A DNA stretch of 64,000 nt, taken from assembly GCF_964355755.1 (NCBI RefSeq), contig NC_092678.1:11406352-11470351 (forward strand), in the 5' to 3' direction. The notes below the pieces were generated by a model. That model made no database searches. It saw only the letters and a program-made list of their open reading frames with translations, and was not told the origin of the DNA. The translations under genes were made by a program, and so were the position numbers. This document shows positions 53,537-64,000 of the stretch, piece by piece. Each line of letters opens with the position of its first letter. Within the stretch, counting starts at the first letter, position 1. Source of the stretch: Antedon mediterranea. Taxonomy: Eukaryota; Animalia; Echinodermata.

Positions 53537-55699
53537 CAAAAGGCACTGTTATTCGATCCCCACAATTCAAAGTACGTAAACTTTAGTCCCATTTAGTCTG
53601 CGCATGCTCAGAAACAAAAAAATCACTAGTCTTATAGATGATATCTACTATGCCACGGCTATGCTGCCACCACCACATTGAAATCCAAATCAAAAGGTAA
53701 TTGGAATAGGCCTAGGCCTAGGCCTAGGCCTAAGGCCAGGAGAGGTTCCATTATTGGTAAACAAAATAGGCCTATTTATTGAAATCGTATTTTTACTCCC
53801 TTAATTAGTTCTATAGGCCTAGCTAGGTAAATTAATATGATGGCCTCACTAGGCTTGGCCGGGTGGTGTTTGTCATCTCGGGTCCGGTCATCTTTCGTCA
53901 AAAAGAGAATTCGGGACGATTCGCCCGGGACGATTCGGCCCACTTTTGGTGGGAAGATTCGGCCCACTTTTGGTGGGAAGATTCGGCCATAATATGAGAG
54001 GGGTGAATTTGTGTTTTATATGATGTGCAGCCCTCAAAATAACTCCGGCATTCAATGCCGACATAAAAGTTGAGGTCTAGGCACCCGACACCGGTGAAAA
54101 AATGTCGGCGCTACTGCAGTTTCGCACCACACTGTTATTTCTTCGATTTCTCACCTAATTTTGTTCTCACACTCACATCATACAATTTTGAGACATTATG
54201 TAACATGTTCCCATGATTTAGCCACCGTTAAATTACATTTATCACAATAAAAAATGCCTTTCAAAACAGCTCCTTTTCCTCGAATACTTCGATCGAACTG
54301 TGGCCATTTTAGAATCAGAAAATTGCCAGAAATCAATGTATGTTTTATTTTCTGTTTTTATTTTTAAACTGCAGAGAGTGGTTTTTATAAAGAACCAGCT
54401 GTACATCAAAACGGCGACGATATGAGTCCGTACATAAAACATTTTATTTTTTAAAAAACAATTCACAGTTTTAAAAATCATAAACCATATTTCAATTTCA
54501 ATATGTAAAACAACACAGCATGGATTCACTCACTGTATTAAAAAGAAAATTATTGTTTTTGTTTTAGTGAATGTATTGATTAGTGCCGAGATAATTTTCT
54601 TTGATAGGAGTCAGACCTATTATTATTAATATGAATAATAATACTAATATTAATAATGAAATATTAATTTAACCTCTATTTCGCCAGCTGAAAACATTTC
54701 TTGAGTTAGATAATTAGTTATTGACGATTAAAACGAATTTAGGTTCAACGATTTGCCCCAAATAGGGGTGTTTTCCGATCGTGGTATACACTGACTAATG
54801 GATGTCCAACTTGAAAAATACCCGCAGACAATAATGCGAGGATGCTTCGCATTTTCCTATCTCCTCCTACGATAATTGTTTTTAATAGCTGAAAACCGGT
54901 TGAACAGCTCGAGTACAATTGCTTGCCATTTCTAGGCTATGCCGCGCAGAAAAAGTTAGTTCATTTTAGTTACACTGCGCATGCGTTGCTTTCCTGAGGA
55001 CGTGGTGTTGCTTTCCTCCGTGTGGTGCGCGGAGTGGAGTAATGTGTCTGTGAAGAGAAAGTCGACAATTTCGGACCAAATTCTACAACAATGATATTAA
55101 ATAGATTAGCTAAAAATGACCATACTGTTAAAAAAATTATGATTAGTATGGTTATTCTAGGCCTGCTTACATAGACAGTTCTAATTAACAACTCCCTGCT
55201 TAAGTACTTGATCCTTCTTGGTTACGTCTCTTATGATGTGCGGATAACTAACTCATCAAAGTGACGAGTTCAAATCTAGTATCAATTATTTTTGTTTAAA
55301 GATGTATTTTCTCCCAAAAACAATTAAGATTAATTAAATTAAACTTTGAATAAGTTATTTGTAGTTTTAATAAAGTTAATCAATTCTGTCGGGAAAAAAA
55401 ACAAAAAACAAATCTTTTAAAAAATGTTCACCTATAAAATGACAAATAAATGGTTAAATTCAACCAAAAATTCATTGGCTCCATACCTACCTTTTTAATA
55501 CAATGATACAACAGCGCCTAATTGATTAATTGATTCCTACTGTTCTTACTTTCGACAGGATTGTCCTGCATTTTTATGTTTTGTTCCACTGCCCACCTAA
55601 GCCCTGAAGTATCCTGCTAGACCGTACGCCCACAAAGTTTATTCATATACATACTGTAGATATATGGCGAAGTTGCAATAATCAGTATTGCTGCCGGGT

Positions 55700-56360
55700 C
55701 ATGTCCTGTAAATTTAACCTGGAGACACCGAAATATCATTGACAGCAACTTTATCCTGTAAGTTGCCCCACTAGACAGTAGCCCAAAAATGCCTGTTGGG
55801 CCATACAAGATTTAATCATGCGAAGAGCCACACGGCTAATTTCTTTTACATTGTAACTGTTACACATTGGGATGCACAAAAATACCATTGACGACAGAAC
55901 CAAGACAGTAGCCCGGGCCACACGGCAAATTCCTTTTACATTGTTTGTTGTAACTATTATCTATTGGATATACGAAAATACCATTGACAGTAATCCTGTA
56001 AGTTGACCCAGATAGTAGGCCAACAATTTCCGATTCCGATCGAAGATCTCGAAGAGCCACATGACATATTGTTATAACTTTCCATTGCATGGGATACGAA
56101 AATACCATTGACAGCAACTTTATTCTGTACGTTACCCAAGACAGTAGTCTACAGAATCCCCAGACACTACAAACCACAATTTTTTTTTGCATTGTAATTA
56201 TTACCCTTGAGATATAAAAAATACATGTAAACCAGCAGCAATTTTTGCCCCAGAGAGTAACCCAAACCTTTACCATAACTTTAAGATTGAAGCGCGTGAA
56301 GATAATTCCACTTTATACAACACGAAAATACTCATGACAGCAACTTTAATCTCTAAGTTT
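55700..56360. repeat. Old degenerate ~100-150-bp tandem repeat
   Basis: Recurrent aaaataccattgacagcaacttta..ctgtaagtt..cccaagacagtag. Confidence 0.65.
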
Positions 56361-56689
56361 CTGAATCTTGATTACAAAAGCACACTCATTTGAGTGGACA
56401 ATATCAATATTTGCTGTATAGTATGTCAAATTTGCAAGCTCGGAGACCGCATTTAAAAACAAAATGTGTTAGCAATAGCACAAACATCACTTATACTTTG
56501 TAAATTAAATTCTAGTTTGTTTTTGTTTTTATAAGGTATTCTGTATTTTGAAACTTTGAAAAAAAAAACACTGGGCTTATTTTCAAGATAGTATGGACTT
56601 CTTTTCAAGATAGACTATTTGAATATCAAAGAACAAAAGTTATTTATGATTGAGTTTATATCATACATTTATTTTACAGTTTAAAATTA

Positions 56690-59110
56690 TTATTTTTTAT
56701 TTTTTTTTTATTTATTTTATATTTCATGGTACCAAAAACAAGACCGACGCAGCGGTAACACACACACAAAATAAAAATAAAAATCAAATTCTGCAATTAA
56801 CAATTCATGGTTCTAAGTAATTTAACAACGGAAAACAATTTATGGTAAATAAAGATAATAAAGATATATAAAGATATATTAAGTTACAACATAAATACAC
56901 AACTTTCATAATTCAATACACTACATACACAATACCCAAATGTATTATGTATAAACAAATAAAGCGATCAGATTTCGATCAGAATTGCCTAACATTTGTT
57001 TTCTAACTACCTATTTTGTCCGATATGTAACCACTTTTTCAAGTGCATATCTATTTTATCATTTTTTTGTTCAATATGCCATTCCATATTTTGGAGATAT
57101 TTTAGTTCGACTAGGAAGTATTTTAGTGTGACTGCTATATTTCTCCATTTACATCTATAAATATAGTATTTTCCAATCAAAATAATGAAATTTATTACAG
57201 AATCTTTTGAAAAACCCAATAATAATATATGTTTTGCATTAAATACTATTTTCATATTTCTATTGTTCAACCAGAATTGGACGTCTTTCCAAAATGATAT
57301 TACTTTTTTGCATTTCCAAAAAAAGGTGTTGCAAACACTGCGCCTCTTCCTTACAAGTATCGCATAATTCAGAATCTTTGATTTTAAATTTATGTAGTAA
57401 AACATTTGTAGTCAAGAACATATTTAATATTTTGTACTGAAAATATCTCAGTCTTGTGTCTATTGTACTTTTGTATGTTAATTTATATAACACCTCCCAG
57501 TCGGCTATAGGTCCAAAATCGTTTTCCCATTATTTGATACAGGTATGCGGAAGAACACTAATGCGATTAATTATTAAGCTATATGCAAGTTTTGTTGTTA
57601 ATTGTAAATCCGATGCTATAATTACTTCACTTTTTTGTTTTAACATTATATCATAGTTCTTAGATTGCATGGCATCTCTCCATATTTTAGGAATAGCTAC
57701 AATTAAACTATGGAATGTCAAAAAATCCACACGTGTATCATATTTAATATGAAACTGTTCATAAGACAGGATACTTCCGTTATCATCATTAAGCAAATCT
57801 TTAACTACTGTTATACCACTATCATATAGCTTTTTTTTTTAACGGTTCACCTTGTATTGTAATGTGACTGAGTGTTATACCATAATATTTCATTGTGGAA
57901 CGTTACAACCTCATTTATTTGCTTAAAATTAACAGAGTGCCAACATTTAATTACTTGAGATAAAAACAAATTGTCACTTATTCTATTGAGAATTGAGTCA
58001 TTATGTGCTATATTACAATACCAAATCAAATTACCCCCAGCCGGGTGTAAAAACTCCCGCCATATGCCTTTCCAACGACCACGGTTGTCTTCATCTAGAA
58101 ATCATTTTACCCATGATACTTTCTGTGCGTAGCAAAACGACTCTACATGGCCTATTTTAAGTCCCCCCTTTTCTATTGTGTTTATAATTAGTTTTCTCTT
58201 TATTTTATCCGGTTTGCGATTCCAAATGAAAGAGTACAGAATTTTATCTAATGTTTTAAAAAATGATATAGGTGGATTGGTTATCACAGTAAACAAGAAA
58301 GTAAGCATGGGCACTATTAGAGTCTTAATTATCGTTATCTTGCCAATTGGGGTGAGATTTCTTGCTGATCAAATGTTAGTAAGCGTTTTAATTTTTATCA
58401 AGCTGAGGTAATAGTTTCAGAGTAAACAGATCCGAAGGATCGAGTGTAAATTTGAATCCGAGTAACCGTATCGGACCTTTTGTCCAAGTAAGTTTTTTTA
58501 GTTTGTTATCCTCTTCAAATTTATTTAGTATATGTTTATCCGATCCTATACACATCACTTGTACATTTCTTTGTATTTTTATTTTGATTTCTCCATATAT
58601 CGGTTAAATTAAATTCATCCATAATATTTAAAATTTCAAGACGAGCTTTTTTATTTGTACTTTTTCTGCCTCCCTCTTTATCCAACATTATATTCAAAAC
58701 ACAATTAAAATCTCCTCCAATGATGATAGTTTCGGTTTTAAATTCTTTAATTTGATCTGCCAAATGAATAAAAAAAATTAGGGTCATCCTTATTTGGGGC
58801 ATATACATTAACCAGCGTATAATTCTTGCTTTCAATATGTATATCTATAATAACAAATCTACCATGTTCATCACCCACAATTTTATCTACAACAAGATCT
58901 TGATTATGTTTAAACAATGCGGCAATCCCTGCACTATTTGTTTTACCATGATTAAAAATGATTTTAGACCCCCACTCTTCCACCCAGTGATTTTCACAGT
59001 TTACGTCACTATGCGTTTCTTGTAGAAACATATATTATGATCACTTTTAAGAGTTCTCTCCTTTTTTTTGATTGTCTTAATCCCCGTACGTTTAAGGAAC
59101 ACATATGAAT
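56690..59110 (-). mobile_element. Decayed L1/Tx1-clade LINE ORF2 with the RT core deleted
   Basis: FLQETHS, LVNVYAPN, IIGGDFNCVL, LTDIWR joined near 58560 directly to the post-RT region (KPDKIKR..EKGGL, FQYKIL, CDTC..QHLF zinc knuckle); A-rich tail near 56690-56720. Confidence 0.85.
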
Positions 59111-59997
59111 ATTGGTATTATCAATGATATTATTCATTATATATAAGGTTGCTGATGCTTCTTGATTTTAATTGCAGAGTTGACACAAAAAGGAACAAAA
59201 AAGTTAAGAAATAATAAGCAATACAATACCAACATGACAAAAAAAAACACATAAAAGCAGTTATCGTCTGGATCAGACCCGATAGTTACAGTTTAAAATG
59301 GTATTTTGATCACGATAAAAAAAAACACTCCATTTAATTTTATACCATTTTCTTACACTTTTGGAACTTCTAGCAAAGATAACATTCTCTTTAAAAAAAA
59401 AACCATATGCCAGCGCATATAAACGATTGGGGTCGTATTTATTTATTTTTAGTCACGTGCAAACGCGACTGTACAGCTCACTGTGTCCATGGAGCTATAA
59501 AACTAGCGCTCCATGCTGTGTTTGTTGGTCGGTAAACACTAACTCAAATTTGTTTATTGCTTATTCAAATTTAGTTATAAAATTTATAATATTAGTTTTC
59601 AATATCATATTATAACAACAATAAATATATTTACATAATACAATTAATTAATTTACAGTAAAATTTCAAAAAAACAACATTTTTTTTTTTAATTTTAGAT
59701 AGCAATATTTATTGACTAAAAATATCCAGACAGTGAAATAAATAACTGTACTGTGTTACTGTACATTGAATGCCATGTCATAACCAAAGCCAAAGATCAA
59801 CAAGTGTAAACAATGACGGGCACATTTATAATATATCAAAAGCAGGATCAATCTCAACCATACATACCTACACTAATTTGTTTCATTATTGTCTTTGAAG
59901 AAAAGGAAGGTTTTAGATTAGCACACTAAGTATAAATCTAGGAAAAAGTGTCAAAGTGAAAAGTGCTGTGGAGCCTACAGTATCTTTTATAGGAACC

Positions 59998-62900
59998 ATG
60001 GGTAAATATATTAATAGTATTGTAAAAAAATCGATAGTAGGTTATTTTATTGTTGAGATTAGATATAACTTTTAAATACTATTTAATAATATTGATGTGT
60101 TATTCTTCATTGTAATACCTGGGTAAATCATTTCCATTTGATTGCTTAATGTTGATGTGTCATGATGTCGTCAAACCCTTTCTTGAAGCTGGGCTCACAC
60201 CAACCACCGGTCACCATGGGTGAAAACTTTTTATCAAACATTTTGCCGAATGCATAAAATCATTTAAAAAAAGTTCTGCTTGCTGATGGTGAAATACATT
60301 TATTTATTTTGTTTGTTTATTGCTTGGACATTGTTTAATTCATGTCTTTTACCATTTTTTGGTTTAAAATAATTGCTAAACCCAGCGAACGTCCAATAAT
60401 ACATAGCAAAACATACCAAATAAAACTTTAAAAGTGATTGATTTGACTTAGCATTTCGCCACTGATTGTACATTGTCATTTTTTTCAGTTATTTGTCTTT
60501 GAATTTATATTTGAATGTATAGAAAAACCCTAAAGCCCCTAATAAACTGAAAATGAATACATTAATAAATGGTTAAGATAACAAAATCTGTGACAATTAG
60601 AGAAAGTATACATTAATGTACCAAATTTGCTTTTATTTTAAAGAAATACCCAATGGTCACCAAAAGATGGCAGCATTTGAAGAGTTGGAAATAGGAATAC
60701 TACACAGTCAACGAAATGAAATCCATATAGAACGGCCATACTACACGGAAGAGCAATTTCAGCTCAACTATGAAGAAACAAAGTTACAGCAGCAAGCTCT
60801 AAAGGAAGTATTGAAACGCAAGTTTACCAAGTGCACTTGTACAAAAGAATCCATTAAGAATAATATCATTTCTTTCTTTCCAATTATTACTTGGCTTTGG
60901 AATTATGACTTACGAAATAACTTACTTGGTGATGTTATTTCAGGATGTACAGTTGGAGTCTTGCGAATACCACAAGGTAACAGTTTTGTTTCTTTTATTA
61001 AACATTGAAAGGGATGTCCGATCCTTAAAAATGTTAATATTTGTTTTTCTATGAACTTGGCTAAATGAATGAGAAGGATTGTGTTGACAATAACAAAAAT
61101 TAAAGAACAATGTTAATTGTAATGTTCCCATAAGCTCTTAAAAATAAAAATTGAGATGAGTGAGAGAGAAAACAGATTAAATTAAGAACTAGAAAGCCAC
61201 TCCGAGAGTGCATACCTCCGCCTACTGTAAAATTCTCCTACATAAGATTTCTCCGGTTAAAAAAAATATGTATATATTTGTGTGTGTCTTAATGCTGTTT
61301 CTGATTTAGGCTAATTTAAATACAAGCATGTGTATGCGAGTTTGGTGTAATGGTTATGTAACAAGCCTTTCAACAATTAACAATAGCTTCAGTTGACTAA
61401 CAATAGAACAGCAACGCGAAAATCAAACGAGTGAATTTAAAAAGAAATAGGTTTTTTTAAACTACTCGCATCAAAAAACGTGCACATTAAATAAAATTAT
61501 GTTTTAAAATTACAAATCAGAAATTATAACTCTTGCCTCTTGTACAAAAATGAAGTTTTTGGACAAGTAGTTTTCGAGAAAATGCAATTACAGTTTACTT
61601 GCTACTTTAAGACTGCTCGCCGGCTTTTGAAAAATGTTGTCCTATCTTTTAACACTAGTAGGTCTGAAAAGTATACTAAAAAGTGGTCCAGAATTGGGAC
61701 CGTGGTCCGAAATGGTCCCAAAATTTAAAGAAATGGTCCTTTACCACATATCTATCTGTACATTCATTTTGGTAAAGACCTTGTAATTACTTTTTGAGTA
61801 ATCCTGCTAACAAACAAACAGACAGACAGACAAACAAACACACGCGATTGATTACATACCTCCTTGGCGGAGGTAAACTACAGTTTAAAGATTGGTTTTG
61901 AAAAGAAGATTGTTCCACAGTTTAAGAGCTGCAAAGGCGACTAGGTGGAACAAAAATACTAATTCACCTGAGAGACAGACTAAAGATCTTTGTTTAGTTG
62001 GGTTAGAAATATGATAAGTAATTAACATTAATTAGCATTTAATATAATTCATTGTTTAATTGGAAGCCATTGGAGTTTATGTAATATTGGTGTAATGTCA
62101 AGTGATGGATACAAGTCAAGCTGCAGTATATAAAAGAAGTTGTAATTTATTAAGCTCTTCATTTGGTAGACCATACAAAATGGCATTACAGTAATCTAAC
62201 CGATGTTATGAGTGAGTTTAATTAGCGCGAATTGGGTTAAGGATTTGCGAAGAAGTGCATGTTTTGTTACACAGGTGGTACTGACTGACTGACTGACTGA
62301 CAGATTTGTTGTTAATATGTCTAGACATTGTCATTGCTGAGTCAACAACACATGCTCGATAACTTAGCCTCATGGCAATCTGTGCTCTCTACTTGAGCAC
62401 TTGGACCTAGTGTTTATGAACCATATTTACCTTAAAACGAAAAATTTTGTTCATAATATAATCTATATATAAATTTACGTAATGGAAAAATTTGTTAATA
62501 AAATACATTAGTATTGTATGTAGATCATCAGTCTTATCAACGTGGATGTTGGAAGTCACCAGTGATAATAAAATGAGATCAGCATTTAATCTGCTAATCT
62601 GCTCTGCAATATAACACTCTGAACACTATTCTTCTTATACATTACAGGTTTGGCTTATGCATTCCTTGCTTCTCTTAAACCAGTTTATGGATTGTACATA
62701 AATTTCTTTCCTGTTATTCTGTATGCGTTGATGGGAACTTCAAAACATATATCAGTTGGTAAGTATTAAAAGTACATTATGTGTAAACAAGTGTGTTATC
62801 TGGTATTGAAAATTTTAAGAAAATATTCTAGCCGTATATTTTAATATTTTATCTATAATTTTGATTTTAATGTTAACAAATGTATTACAGTATTATTCAA

Positions 62901-63377
62901 ATTGAATTCAACGTTGAAAGCAAGATTGTTTAATTGACTATTCGGAACTCATGCGTCAAATTACTCTGCAAAATACAATGAAAAATTCTGAAGATAGCAT
63001 AAAAATGTAATTGTCTAGAATAGATAGATATATGATATAGTTGAAATACAATACAAATTCGAAAAATCTGCTGAAGTCAAATTTGCATCTGTTGAATTTG
63101 TAAGTCAAATCTTTTTTCAACATAATTTTTGGGTCCAAATACACACATTTTTACTGATTTTCTACTAGGTGTGTTATAATATGTTAAGTAGTTTCCTTGA
63201 TTGAACTGATCTTTACATATTGTTTTGTTAGGCGTGTTTGCTGTTGTCAGCATCATGACCGGAATAACAGTGGATGCGGCTGTTGAGGCCAAACGTTTAG
63301 AAAACAGTACCATCAATGAAGAAATTGAAAAGGTCAAAGCAGCAACAACTCTCTGCTTTATGGTTGGTTTCATTCAG
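59998..63377 (+). CDS. SLC26/SulP anion transporter (prestin/pendrin-like), 5' part. Predicted exons 59998-60001, 60644-60976, 62648-62758, 63232-63377; gene continues beyond the window
   Basis: [35 protein letters not shown]|[37 protein letters not shown]|[20 protein letters not shown]; canonical AG/GT sites with consistent phases; accATGg|gtaaat gives a phase-1 start exon. Paralog not assignable by eye. Confidence 0.92.
61187..61877 (-). mobile_element. Helentron-associated non-autonomous element (HINE/DINE-1-like) in an SLC26 intron
   Basis: Sub-TIRs tacctccgcc / ggcggaggta, terminal hairpin cactc-cga-gagtg, (caaa/caga)n microsatellite, A-rich flanks. Confidence 0.8.
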
Positions 63378-64000
63378 GTAAATTTTTTTTTTTATTATGC
63401 AATAGGTTGTCGCAAACTTAATTTCATGCTAAACCTAAATTCTTTCTTTAGTAAAACATCCCAAAACTGAATTTCTCCATTTCAAATGTTGTATTCTGTT
63501 CCAACCAAAATATTAAGTATTATATTTTAGATGTCATATCCAAAGTTTTTCACATGCACAAACCAGGATAGCTTTAATTGTTTGCTATGTTTAATGTTCA
63601 TAGCTCATTAAGTGAATGCAATTGAAGATTATGACTGATGTACCTCCCATCGCCACCTTATAATTTTCAGATTGTTGTCAAGTACTGACCACTGACCACC
63701 ACTGATTAATCTGGAGTGAAAAAAAACATGCTTGAGTGTTGTTCATTAAAATAATACAATCTTTTGTCAGCATCCATTTGTGCAATCTACTTAATGTTTG
63801 CTATTTACAAGTTCACCACTTATTAAATTTACGTGCAGGCCCCACGAATCAACTCTTCAAATCAGGTGTGAAATCGTGTTTATAAACAATTTGTGATGGT
63901 CATTCAAGCATAGTTTAAATTTTTACATCAATTCTACAACTCAACTGACAAGCTAATGTGTTGAACAAACTTTCAACATGGTACCTAAACCAAATGTTTA

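Noticed and set aside
1-64000. Prokaryotic-type systems (operons, CRISPR-Cas, defence islands)
   Set aside because: The sequence is eukaryotic with spliceosomal introns and low coding density; no such genes or repeat-spacer arrays were seen

Overview
AT-rich, intron-containing animal genomic DNA. A Deu/Nin-domain SINE and the repeat landscape suggest a marine invertebrate deuterostome, possibly an echinoderm (inference). Two host genes lie on the + strand: a spliced coiled-coil + BEN-domain gene (coding exons about 7.4-18.8 kb) and the 5' part of an SLC26/SulP (prestin/pendrin-like) anion transporter (60.0 kb to the window end). The rest is deeply nested transposon debris: non-autonomous DNA transposons (CAG..CTG elements with 5-bp TSDs; Kolobok-, Harbinger-, Academ-, MULE- and Helentron-like elements; foldback MITEs), CR1/L2, RTE, RTE-X and Tx1/L1 LINE remnants, and a fragmented Gypsy element. 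Three observations stand out. (1) A 237-nt tandem unit carrying a minimal hammerhead ribozyme, whose genomic 5' boundary falls at the predicted self-cleavage site, is joined through (TA)n to a 360-nt unit carrying a complete tRNA cloverleaf. (2) Comparison of repeat copies indicates that TAGGCCTA and TACAGTA motifs arise by short insertions at TA, resembling transposon excision footprints. (3) A 5-bp-TSD CAG..CTG transposon family is present in several copies. All coordinates were read by eye and no database searches were run.
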